A stretch of DNA of 64,000 nt from Schizochytrium sp. TIO01. Lineage: Eukaryota; Protista; Bigyra: Labyrinthulomycetes. The stretch spans positions 2,232,001 through 2,296,000 of the forward strand of contig SMSO01000004.1 in the NCBI GenBank assembly GCA_004764695.1. Reading direction: 5' to 3'. Under the pieces are notes generated by a model that did not search any database, had not been told where the DNA came from, and saw nothing but the letters and a program-made list of their open reading frames with translations. The position numbers and the translations under genes are program-made. This document shows, one piece after another, positions 49,215-60,605 of the stretch; within the stretch, counting starts at the first letter, position 1; every line of letters starts with the position of its first letter.

Positions 49215-50462
49215 CTTGCCTAGCTGATTTCGCTCGTTTCAAGATATTTTCGTCCCTGTCGAGGTTTGCGGATTGCTCGCCTACGAACTTCAAGTTCATA
49301 AGCTTTTTCTTACATACTAGTACTACTACCAGAGCCGATAGATACTCCTAACCACCCTAGGACTTATCCGCTAGTACATCTTTTAAAGACAAGTCAGTTG
49401 CTCTCTTTTCCTGTGTGCTTGCGATTCAAGTTCAAGTTGTTGACAAAGTTTGCAGTGCATTACTGTGGAGTAGTAGTAGTAGTAGCTTTCTCCATGCCAA
49501 ACTTGCAGCAACATATTGACTTTGGGAAAGGAAACGAAACGAGGGCAAAAGAAGAAGGTAATCTTCGCACTATTTCCTGAAAGATACTAGTACTAATCTT
49601 TCGCCGGTGTAGGACTAGCAGTCCTCTGTAATAATACCAGTAAGAGTGGAAATTTAATCTCAGTCCGACTTCTTTCATCCCAATCCTTACTTCGCTCCGC
49701 TCATGGCCAACGAGCGGACTCTGTTTTCATTTAATTCATTGCCTCTTTTCTCAAAACATGGCTTGACGAGTAAATCTGTTCGCGCAGGTTTACAGTGCGC
49801 ACCGTCCGGGACGATTCGGGCGTACTGATGGTGATTTGTCTCAGGTTTGATTCATATCATTCCTGTCATCGATTGCAATGATTGTGGAGGTGTGGTAGTA
49901 GTACCTAACTATCTACTAGTCATGATTTTTTCCTAAATAATCAATCAGTGGTCAAGTGTTTTTGCTTGAGTTTTTTTAACCAAGTTATTAAAAAGATGAA
50001 CTCAATACCTCTGACTACTAGTGAGGATGTCTGTTGGATTACCTATTCTACGTGGTATCTAGCTAGAGAGTACTTGACATGAGCTTTAATTTGCGAGCAA
50101 GTACCTACCATGTTTTGCACGGTGATCTTCACAAAGGAGAGTTCAGGAAAAATTAAAATTAAATTTGGTGCTACTCTCAATAGCTAGAGGTTACTACTAT
50201 CAGTTACTTCGCTTTAAATCAGAACATATTAGCCTTTTTTTTCTTTCTTTTTTAAAAATCAACTATTGCTTAATTATGGTTGTGATGCGACGGAAGAGGT
50301 GCCTGTGAGCTAACTTTGAATACTTGGGAAGGGAGTCCACTTAAAACAGTGCCCGCGTCTACTTGGTGTTGTGCCAACTTCATTCGCACTTAATGAATAG
50401 GTCTTATATTTTAAATCCAACTTTTAGCATAAAGACATGTAAATAATAAACGGTGATGGTTC

Positions 50463-51624
50463 TCAAAATTTGCTCTTGTGCATGGATGAATGCAAGGGCA
50501 TAGGGGTCAAGTCCCCTGTCAAATGGGATTTTGGAAGGGGCTCTAAGTAAGCTTTGATTGTCTCGGCGGATATAGGTGGGTGCCTCCATTGTGGTTTGTT
50601 ATCCTTATCCACCAAGACAGCCCTCACCCCTTCGAAGAAGTCACTGTCTGTATCTTCCAATAGTCTTTGCACGATGCGGTACTCGCCGACGAGAGCGTCC
50701 AAGAGTGTAACTTCTGGTTGGCTGTGTCTGTGAAAGACCTCAAAGGTGATCTTTAATGAGGACGGTGACCGTGCCTTCAACATCTCCAGCGTCTCCTTGG
50801 CGAACGCAGCATCATCCTCAGCAGCGCTCTCCACGGTCGCCCTTAGCTCTGCAAAGATTTCCTCCACGGAGCGCATTTCCATCGTAAAGCATCTCTTCAG
50901 GACATCTTCGTGCTTCTTCAAGCGTGGCACCTCATCTATCCCCCATGCCAGCTCCCTCATAAGCTCCTCCACAGTCTCCCTTGTAAGCCCTTCGCGCCTT
51001 CCAGCCTCCTCTAGTCGTGCGCAGAGCTGCGAAATATCCTCCGAGCGAATGGCGTGTGTAGCAAGTCCTGTCCACAAGCAGTCTGCGGGGCCAAGATGTG
51101 CGCCTGAGAGCGAGATGTAGAGACCCACGTGGGCTCCCCTCTGAATACGTGGGAAGAGCAAAGGAGGCACCAACATCAGGCACAAAGCCGATGTTGGTTT
51201 CGGGCATAGCAAAGCGCGTGCGAGGCGTGGCAACGCGGAAGGCTCCATGCAGAGAGAGACCAACGCCGCCGCCCATGGTGACCCCATCCCAGAGCGAGAT
51301 CTGCAATAGGCCGGCGTCACGGAGGTTACCGATGAGCGCGTTGAGGCGGTACTCCTCGAAGAAGAAGTCAGCGTGAGCTCGACCACAAGACAGAGCACTC
51401 GAGCGAGCGGTAACAACGTCGCCACCAGCACAGAAAGCTTTACCTTCGCCGCGAAGAATCACACAAGCTGGGCGGGTGGAATCGTCGCGAGCCCAATCGG
51501 CAAACCAGCTTTGCAGCGGCAGGATCATGTCCAGGTTAAGTGAGTTGAATTTTGCCGGTCGACGCAGAGTCACCTGTGCGATAGCACGGTTAGGGAGGAC
51601 ATCTAGGGTCACGGGAGTGGACAT
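50463..51624 (-). CDS. 3-hydroxyisobutyryl-CoA hydrolase-like crotonase (HIBCH/CHY1); about 386 aa after removing one surplus base at 51151-51153; C-terminal -SKF
   Basis: AFCAGGDV, GVTMGGGVGLS, FAMPETNIGFVPDVG, joined across the frameshift to LPRIQRGAHVGLYISLSG, then DFFEGVRAVLVDKDNKPQW. No obvious mitochondrial presequence. Confidence 0.9.
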
Positions 51625-52059
51625 TGCAAGCAATTGAGGTGTGAAGCCAAGAGTGCTTGCGCTGATTTGATCGGTCAATTCAAAGGTTGGAAATGAAATG
51701 GTATTGCTAGTTTCGTTCTTCCTCTGCTCTTTTCTTTCTTTTCTTCTTTCTTTTTTGTACTTCCATATCTATCTTACTTAGCACCAACTAATTAAAAAAT
51801 AATAATAGTTTAAAAGTTAATGAAGTGATTCTTTAATTTTTCTAGCTAGCACGTAATGTGCTTATTCGCTAGGATCGGGCCTATTGGCACTTCTGCTTCA
51901 TGTAGTGATGCTTTGTCTGGCTCGGGAAAGATGGTTCTTCAGAGAGCACAAGACGATTGCGTATAAACAAGACTGTGAAGTTCTCTCATGTGTTCACTAA
52001 CAACAGTACATGACACAGAATAAGCAAACAAACAAAATATAAAGAGTTTAAATTCTCAT

Positions 52060-53236
52060 TTAAAGCTTAGAGCTCGTGGGCATGGTTGCATCAGAAGAGC
52101 AGATGACCACAGCTTTGCCCGTGACTTTACGCTCCATTAGGTCGCGAAGGGCACGGCCTGCTTCTTGAAGAGGATAAGTCTGTGTAACAAGCGGACGCAG
52201 CTTCCCTTGTGAAACCCAGTCAAGTAGAAGCTCAATGTTCTGACGGTGGAGTTGAGGTTCTTTCTCAGTGAATGCACCCCAGAACACGCCTACAATGGCA
52301 GCGCCTTTAAGGAGAGCAAGGTTAAGTGGGATACGCGGAATCTGACCTCCAGCAAATCCAATGACGAGGCTTTAAGTGACAAGAAGGTAGCCCCGTGTTT
52401 ATTTGTATCACACCGTTGCAAAGTCAGCAACAGGGAAATCATGCAAAGATAAAATGCAGTGTGTTAGTCTATGAATACAATTTAAACCCCCTACAATTTA
52501 GCTCTGCTCTGAATGAATACTTTCTAACTTACTATCGACCCTTCCACGCCAATGAGCGAATAGCTGGCTCGGCGAATTTATCTCCAACAGGGTCGTAGAC
52601 AACATCAACACCACGACCCTTTGTGATTTCGCGAACTCTTTCCTTTAGATCTTCCTTTGAGTAGTTGATGAGGTAGTCAGCACCATAGGAACGGCATACC
52701 TCGAGCTTCTCGGGAGTTGATGCAGCTGCAATAACTGTGGCACCCATCGCCTTGGCAATGTCCACAGCAGCAATGCCCACACCGCCTGCTGCTCCTAGAA
52801 CAAGCACAGTTTCGCCGGCCTTAAGATCAGCACGCTGCATGAAAGCATGAATTGTAGTGCCATAAGTCATCATGATGCCACTGGCAGTGGCATCATCAAC
52901 AGCATCCGGAACCTTGACGAGTTTAGACTCGGGTGCCACGACTTGCTCTGCGAAAGCACCCCAGCCGGTCATGCAAGTGACTCGGTCGCCAACCTTGAAG
53001 TTCGAGACTCCAGGCCCAGTCTTAGCAATGACTCCCGAACACTCACCTCCTGGTGCAAACGGCATGGTGGGCTTGAATTGATATTTTCCTTGGATGATCA
53101 AAACATCAGGGAAGTTTACACCAGCACATTTGACGTTCACGAGCACCTGGCCCTTGCCAGGCTCTTGCAGCTTCAAATCGCCAACCTTGAGATCCTCGGG
53201 CGTACAAAACTTATCTACTACAATACCGCGAGCCAT
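52060..53236 (-). CDS. MDR-superfamily NADPH:quinone oxidoreductase/enoyl-reductase-like protein, 2 exons (53236-52533, 52369-52060), 337 aa; PTS1 -SKL
   Basis: GVNFPDVLIIQGKYQ, VLVLGAAGGVGIAA, GVDVVYDPVG. Removing intron 52370-52532 (GTAAGT...TTAAAG, 163 nt) restores WKGRYLVIGFAGGQIPRIPLNLALLKG. Ends SSKL. Confidence 0.93.
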
Positions 53237-53481
53237 TTTCCTCCTGCACTGATCAGCTCCTGGTTTCCGCAGTAGGCAGCGCAAACTCCCGATAGGTTTT
53301 TGGAGTCTAGGTTTCTACAAGTTTAATGTATCTCACTATTTCTGATTTTTAGACCGAGCCAAGTCCGCTGCTCGTCCGCTTGGGAAAAGAATTATAACTA
53401 CTGTTAATGTCTTTTTCCGTCCTTGCGTTTTTCAATAGTACTGTAATATATGATGACTTTTAGTCTACTGTTTACTATATA

Positions 53482-53560
53482 GCTGTGATGGCCGAGCGGT
53501 TAAGGCGCCACGTTCAGGTCGTGGTCCGAAAGGGCGTGGGTTCGAGTCCCACTCACAGTA
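53482..53560 (+). tRNA. tRNA-Leu(CAG)
   Basis: Cloverleaf: acceptor GCTGTGA/TCACAGT, anticodon arm CCACG-TTCAGGT-CGTGG, variable arm, TTCGAGT T-loop, discriminator A; downstream oligo-T Pol III terminator. Confidence 0.95.
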
Positions 53561-53708
53561 CATTATTTTTGATTTTTTTTAACCTCCCAACCTTCGTGCT
53601 ACTATCACTATCTCACTGTAGATTCTGTCCTTTTGTTTTTCCATATAGGCTCAGTCTAGTTTTACTAAACGGTTTTATAAGTAAGCATAGGGCTATGACA
53701 ATCATCTT

Positions 53709-53787
53709 GCTGTGATGGCCGAGCGGTTAAGGCGCCACGTTCAGGTCGTGGTCCGAAAGGGCGTGGGTTCGAGTCCCACTCACAGTA
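53709..53787 (+). tRNA. tRNA-Leu(CAG), identical second copy
   Basis: Identical 79-nt sequence followed by an oligo-T terminator. Confidence 0.95.
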
Positions 53788-54114
53788 TTGTTTTTTAATT
53801 ATTTTTTTTTCTCGGATATGCTTTGTTTTTTTAATTAAAAAAATAATAGGATTTAACATTTTTGAGTTGACTCTGGTAGAGGAACCGGATTGCCTCAATT
53901 TTAATATCTGTCAGGGGAGGGGGGGTATCTAACAAAATGATGAATCTTCTCCCTTTCACCAGGGATAACAAAACATTTGATTAACGAAGGAGTACTAGGA
54001 CAATAATTTGTATCTGTAAACTTTTTGTCATTCAAGGAGTGAGAACTTTCATACAAGCTCAACGCAAGTGGATAAAGAAAATCGAGTATAGTTTTGAGAG
54101 CCCATTAACTATAC

Positions 54115-55125
54115 TCCTGGGGAGAGAATATAGGAGAGAACAGGCGAAAATATTGGGGTTAATTCTATCTCTCCTCACGAAAACATTGTGTTGGCGAGGT
54201 TTCTGATATGCATTTTATAAATTAAATCGCTTTGACTGCGGGATGTGAGATGACATTTAGCTTCAAATCTAAAAGCCTTTATGATTTTTCTGGTTTTTAG
54301 CAAGAACACACAGTGATGAATCTTCTCTACTTCCACTGAAAATAAATAAGTCTACTGCCACTGGGTCTCCTCACAAGGTATATACAAGAGAGCTTTATAA
54401 TAACAATCGTTATATTTGTATATTTAAATCGCAAAGAAACTAATACCAGAGAATTCTCAACAATTCGCGAACTTTGGCAAAACTACCCAGGTTGCTGCGC
54501 TTGGACCAATCAAAATGACACAATATTAGACAAGTGAATGAAAAGCATTTCGGATAGAAAAGTATTTCCTGGTTTTGAGATATTGCCTTTAAGAATTAAT
54601 ATTTCATAAATAAATAATCAATCAAGGAAAGTATTGCAGGATAGCTTGTGCTGTGAAGCATGCAGAGGTAGTCTGACAAGGATGGTGAACTCAGGAGAAA
54701 GAGAAAGAGGATGATATATGAGTTATTGGGATTTCGAGTCTGGATACAGGCAGGGATGAATGTATGATGTCGTTGGACAGGAGAGCTAGGTTAGGTTAGG
54801 TTAGGTTATGTTAGGCAGTAGCTGTATGTTTCTTCAATAGAAAGCAAGCAATTTTGAGCATATTCTCAAAACTTTTGGGACGAAGTAGGAGAAATGGTCT
54901 CAAGTTTAAAGTTACTCGATAACAACTAGTGCAAAACATCTACTCAGCCCATCCAAAAAAATGTTTGAGGTTTTTTCTTTAGTTGATTTAGCGTTTTAAG
55001 TATTTTGATAAAGGAACACCCTCCAAAATACTGAATCCTCTATAAATGGTGGGTTGGTTCACAGCAGCTTCTGAACTTCACTTGATTTGACTACAATGTA
55101 GTCTCGGCCTCATTTTGACCTTTCT
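54115..55125 (+). repeat. Dispersed decayed repeat, copy B (interrupted by a 208-bp insertion)
   Basis: Shared blocks with copy C: ttgtgttggcga, gaaagcaagcaattttgagcatattctcaaaa, ggagaaatggtctcaagtttaa, ccaaaatactgaatcctctataaatgg. Ends are approximate. Confidence 0.85.
54632..54839 (-). mobile_element. 208-bp solo-LTR-like (or MITE-like) insertion with TATTG...CAATA termini and 5-bp TSD GAAAG
   Basis: GAAAG at 54627-54631 and 54840-54844. Repeat copies A (8106-8110, reverse) and C (57587-57591) carry a single GAAAG, the empty site. Internal (TTAGG)n at about 54786-54815. Strand is given only relative to the 46606 copy. Confidence 0.8.
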
Positions 55126-55270
55126 TTTTCATCAAGTAGCTGGAGTATCACCGTCAAGTCGTGGATGCTTGAGACGTTCTAAAAGTCTAGCAAAAAAAAT
55201 TCTGGTTATCTGTACATTTGAAGGGTTGATTTACTCATCTCTTTTAGTTACTTCTTTTTTTGCTGATTGA

Positions 55271-56767
55271 CTATGTAATTGCCACTGATGTATTTGAATA
55301 AGCTTTCTCTTCATCTACTTGTTTACAATCGCTTTCTTTATGTAGTTGAGGTATACTGCCATCTGGCAAAGGTCTGCCCATTTGAGAGCATGATTCTTGA
55401 ACATCATTTGCAGGTATATACCGTTCAGATAGCACTTGCAACAAAAATGTAAGCACCCCAGTACCAACCCCCAATAGGCCAGATGAAAAGACCTCTCCAT
55501 GACTCCAGATACTATCTGCTATGAAAGCTCCTACAGCCCGGCCCAAAAAGTGGCACTGGTAATTCATGGCCAACATGGTCGTTCGTTGGTGATCAGGAAC
55601 AAACGACTCTGCTAAAGCAATTTGTGCAACAAATGCGGCTTCTCCAGGTAAGTAAATAATGGCGGCAAGCGCAACACCAGCAGCATACGAATGCCGTGCA
55701 GCGAGAATAAACATTCCAATGGCTAGAGCGAAAAACAAGCTAGAGATTTTGATAGTAGCTGGAAGTCCAATGCGATCTGAGATAAAAATCACCCACATGT
55801 CTCCGGCCAGTTCTGCTGCACCAATAGCGAAGGTCGCTGCACCCATATTCTCGGCATTGACATTATAGTATTTTAAAGCCCAATCTGTGAAAGCAAGGAA
55901 CATAAGATTGTGTCCTATATTCAACACCAGACTTGACAAATTGAACATTAGTGGGCCAATCGAAAACACACAAGCGTATATTGACGTAGTGCGAAAATAC
56001 GCCCAGCTAAGTTTGTTCATTTGAAATAGACCGCTTCTGCGTATTGTCGTTCTGCTTTGACGTTCACACGGGAGTGAGGATGCATTGTTATAATCTCTGC
56101 TCTCATTATGTTCAACAAGCTTGTTTTCGGATACCTCACCATTTCCATCGCGTCTGTTAATACGAAGGTCGTCAGGAAATTTATACCACAGTTCAACGAA
56201 AATAGGAAGCATAAGCCCGCATAAGATACCCCACATTGTTCGCCATTCTGTATATTCATAGATGACACTGAGAATTGGGACAAGTGCAAGTGTTGCGAAT
56301 GCCCACCCTGTCTCAGCTACTCCAGTTGCAAACCCGAGCTCGTTAGGGTCCGTTTGCTCCACGACTGCAGATTGAGTGGCGACCATGAATACTGTTGCGA
56401 ACAAAGAGGAAATTATACGCGCGATAAAAAGAAGCGGGAGCGAGGGGGGACAGAGCACTAGGCACGAGAATATGAATACCATGGACCATGCGGCAATCGC
56501 TAAGGCGCGATTCCCGTAGCGATCTCCGAGCGATCCCACAAGCCCAGCACCAACGCTGCTTAGCTCACCTGCAGCTAGAATATAGTTCATGTCTTTCTCT
56601 GCTACTCCCCAGTCTTGAGCTAAGAAGTTCTTCAAAGGATAGAGCACGCGAATGTTACCATAGAGCAGTACTCGAGTGAGCAAAGCCAAATAGACCAGTC
56701 TTGATGGCTTTTTCGTTCGAAGTGCTCGCAGCCCTGTCGAGCATTTGCTTGGGAAGGAAAAGGTCAT
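55271..56767 (-). CDS. Major facilitator superfamily transporter (substrate unknown)
   Basis: About 12 hydrophobic segments in a 6+6 arrangement with a central loop; motif A GSLGDRYGNR and its repeat ISDRIG. First ATG is at 56767. Confidence 0.88.
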   Translation of the reverse strand: MTFSFPSKCSTGLRALRTKKPSRLVYLALLTRVLLYGNIRVLYPLKNFLAQDWGVAEKDMNYILAAGELSSVGAGLVGSLGDRYGNRALAIAAWSMVFIFSCLVLCPPSLPLLFIARIISSLFATVFMVATQSAVVEQTDPNELGFATGVAETGWAFATLALVPILSVIYEYTEWRTMWGILCGLMLPIFVELWYKFPDDLRINRRDGNGEVSENKLVEHNESRDYNNASSLPCERQSRTTIRRSGLFQMNKLSWAYFRTTSIYACVFSIGPLMFNLSSLVLNIGHNLMFLAFTDWALKYYNVNAENMGAATFAIGAAELAGDMWVIFISDRIGLPATIKISSLFFALAIGMFILAARHSYAAGVALAAIIYLPGEAAFVAQIALAESFVPDHQRTTMLAMNYQCHFLGRAVGAFIADSIWSHGEVFSSGLLGVGTGVLTFLLQVLSERYIPANDVQESCSQMGRPLPDGSIPQLHKESDCKQVDEEKAYSNTSVAIT

Positions 56768-57089
56768 CTTTAAGCAACACACTAGGTAAAGAGACCTCTC
56801 CCAAGGCTGGGCCTTCAAGAGAATAGACTCTCCAGTGTTATAAACCTCTCGTTGCTGCTGGGCATAGGGTGTAAAACAGCGTCAGCAAGGGACCAACCAA
56901 GTGTCCGAGAAAGGAGGATTGGCGTTTGTCAAAATTAAATTATGAAGTAAGATGTACCTAGGTACCACATAGGCACTACACAGGTTCTAGCAACCAACTA
57001 ATCAGAGGCTACTCCTATCAAATCAACCCTTTGACTTGGGTAAAAAATAATGTCAAAACACAACCACTACTGCTTAACTAGAAAAGCGG

Positions 57090-58140
57090 ATGGGAGCGAG
57101 ACCATACAAGACAATAGGCAAAAGTCGAGGCAAAATCCTATATTTCCCCATGAAAATGTTGTGTTGGCGAATTTTCTGATGTGTACTTTATGAAATATAT
57201 TGCTTCAGCTGTGGTGGGCATTAAGCTATAAATCTAAATTCTTCTTGAATTTTGTTGCTGATTTTGACCAGAACACAAAGTGATGACTCCCATCTAGTAA
57301 TGCTTCCACGATAAATACTATTTAAGGGTAGGTACCATCGCTGGGTCTTCTCACAAAGTAGTTTAATGGAATGACACATAATATATAAATGCAATTATTT
57401 ATAAGCGCATACCAGACTATTGTTTACAACTTGAGAACCTTGCACAGGTTTTTCCACTTAAACAATCGAAAGAATGAGATATTTAGATAAGTAAGTGAAT
57501 GGAGGAGACTTTGAATAAAGGCTATTTCATGGTTTCAGATATTGGCTTAAAGATTTTGTTACCTCAAAGGAAAAAAACTGATTCAGGAAAGCAAGCAATT
57601 TTGAGCATATTCTCAAAAGTTTTTGGACACAGATGGAGAAATGGTCTCAAGTTTAATGTTATTCGATAACAACTAGGGCAGACTATCTACATCTTACCTA
57701 CTCAAACCATCCAAAATGATTATTTGCAGTTTTTGCCTTAGGACTTATAAGCATTTTGCACCCCCCAAAATACTGAATCCTCTATAAATGGCCAGGTGAT
57801 TTACAGCAGCTTCGGAACTTCAGTTGGTGTGAATACGATGTAGTCGCAGCCCCGTTTTGAGCTTTTATTTGCAACCCGAGTACCTGCAGCACCACCAGTA
57901 CGTATCCTCGAATAAAGAGTTCGGAAAATGAAAGATCATATTTAGCAAACATTAAAATGATATGAAGTGAGGCTCGTATGCATCGTTCTTGCGAACAGAT
58001 TGGAGTCGATAGACTGGCTATGAGTGAGGTTTGCAGAAGAAAAGCTGGGGAATTTTGTTTGTAGGCTTAATTCGTGGATTTATTAATTGAATACCAACCG
58101 CAGAGTCTGGAAACCCAATGAATTCAGAAGTGTCATTATT
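57090..58140 (+). repeat. Dispersed decayed repeat, copy C
   Basis: Aligns with copy B to about 57870 and with the reverse complement of copy A to about 58140 (atcctcg.ataaagagt.cgga, tcatatttag, gaggctcg, ttggag.cgat, attgaata.caa). Ends are approximate. Confidence 0.85.
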
Positions 58141-60605
58141 TTGCTCATGAATTCTACATAGCAAATCCCAAGTTAGGAGAAGTAAGTTAACGTAAAGCTG
58201 AGTGGTTCTGTTAGAACATCGCATGTTTGAGCAAACTAGCCAGGCCAAACTATCAAGTTGAAATGTTTGCAGATATATCGTGTAGAAATTGTCAGAATTT
58301 AGCCCGCAAATGTGAGGCCTCATGGCTACAATTGTCCCAAAATTCAAATCAATTGAAAGTATTTCAACACTTGAATTTTATATGATTTATATCTGCTTCA
58401 TCATTTTTAAAAAAAACGGGGAAAAAAAGGAGTAAAACTTTGACTTCTAATAGTGATATTCTTTCTAATATTTTGAATCTATTGTTGCCATTATTTATTC
58501 GTTGTTTGTTCATTTCGAAGTAATCAAAATCAAATCCTTAAATTTGAGTATGACTATGCCATTTTGATCGCTAGGGTGGGGATTCTCCTATTCCTTTCCC
58601 CTCTAAAAGCTAATACGACACGATCTATCTAGAGGGATAACTTCCAGTTTACAAAGCCACTTCTTCCTACAATTGAAGTGCTGCGAGCTTTGCGAACAGG
58701 ACTATACAATGGATTGTATAGGGCGTCGTCTGCCAAAATGCATATCCACTTTCTTCTGATACCTAGAGGTAGTTGGTATTGTAGTACTTTCTAGCAAGTC
58801 TTTCAGAGTATGGACGCATACATGTTTGTCACACGGATGAACGAACGCTCTATACCTCGATACTTGCATGGAAGTGTTTTAATAGACATTGCAGCAGTCC
58901 TTCTATATACTTTGAACCGGATTATTGAATGTCTTGTCCGAGATTAAGAATAAATGAGGTTGTAACAAATTTCTATCTAACTTCATTACAGATAAGAGCC
59001 GTCACCCTCAGCCGGCTGCTCCATCCTCCATATCACAGCGCTCTATTTGCCTTCTTAGGTTGTATTTCTTTCTGCCATGAGAACACAGCAACAACAAAAA
59101 AATATATTGTGTAAACACCAATTTCTCCTGAAAGTATTTGATGAACTTGAATGAGAAAGGTTATGCTTGTGCATAACTAGGCGCGGATAGGCTGGCACAA
59201 ACCTAGATTGCAGAGTTAAATACTGATAATTAAGAGGTGTCTTTCTAGATTTGGATGTCTCAAGTTGATTTCAGCTCCTGAAGGTTCCTAGCGCTAAAAG
59301 TGCGTACAGAATATTGCATGCGGAGTCAAAAGATTCAACTTTGGGTGCCTTGGTAAACAAATTGATAGCCGAGAATAACTTTCACCATTATATATATTAA
59401 TCTTTTAGAGACTCAACGGCGATTTAAAATAGTTGCTTCTTTTCCCTCGGACGCTGCAGGCTCGACAAAAGTAACAACATGCAATAAGCACCATGGTAAC
59501 AAAAAGCCGCGCTATAGAGCGCAAATAATCCATTTTTACATAACGCCTCTGAGTGAGTTGGTATAATTTAGACCTCACCTCTTGCTAGTTAGTATTGACC
59601 TGGCACGAAGTTGATAATGAGATGATAAAATATGCACCATGATGTGTATGCTTTCTTCGAAGAACGCATGGCATGCTTCTTTAACTACTAGAACCAGGAC
59701 TGCGCAGCTTCAACTTTCAGGAATTACGCAATACAGTCCTGCCACAGTCGATATGTCATAATCCTGAAACTGACAAACTCTTTTTCTGTTTCCTTTTTTC
59801 AGCAATTGATTTAAGCCACAGAACGTCATCCACTATTGTCTCCCTTTAATACACTTACTATGAGTTTAAATACATGTTAGTTCACTTTTATCCCAAGTTT
59901 TCTTCTAGGCCTACTCACTTTTTCTTTTTTTTTCTCTCTCTTTTTCTTTTCTGGGGGAAAGATCCGTTTATGAAAACGGAAGCCAACTTGTCTATTTGAA
60001 AATGGTTACCAAAAGTCGCCGTACTAGGGATGGGAGAGGCATTAGACACTCCAATCGAAGATTTTGAAATAATGAAATATCACTATCCTCATATTGGTAT
60101 GGCGATAGGCTGAACCTCTGTTTGTATTACATTTACAAAGTATAAGAATATATATGCAAAGTACAAGTAAATCTTGTTGAAGTACAGTATTAAGCCTGCC
60201 CCGCCTGTACCTCGTGCGAGCTGCTCTTCGTAGACGGAGTAACACAATATTGAATTCCTCTTATACTTTTTGTATTTCACTGCCAAGAACACCATTGGTC
60301 TATTGCGTAAAGCAGAGATACCACTCAGGTCTCTCCATAAGAGAATACCATACTTTTTTTAATTAAAGAGTTTTGTTTTGTTTTTGCTTTTGTTGGAGCG
60401 CGGAACTTACCTTGCCATACATCACACACCGGGAGCTGGATAAATTGATTTATATAACTGTTTAGTCGAAAGACTTTCCACTACTCCCCATCTCGGCAGA
60501 TTGTCTTTGAAATGCGATTTACTACATGTGCGTGAACATTTAGCGCATAGATTTGCCAGCAAACCTGAAAGGTAATCAATCAATCAATCAAAACACTCTC
60601 AAACC

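Noticed and set aside
53508-53524. TTCA in the tRNA anticodon loop suggesting a Sec/opal suppressor, or a reassigned CUG tRNA
   Set aside because: The 7-nt loop TTCAGGT centres on CAG; A73, A35 and G37 fit Leu identity, with no G73 (Ser) or G3:U70 (Ala).
54115-58140. Repeat copies B and C as the two LTRs of one retrotransposon
   Set aside because: Too diverged, unequal in extent, no TG..CA ends or gag-pol between them, and a third inverted copy lies elsewhere.
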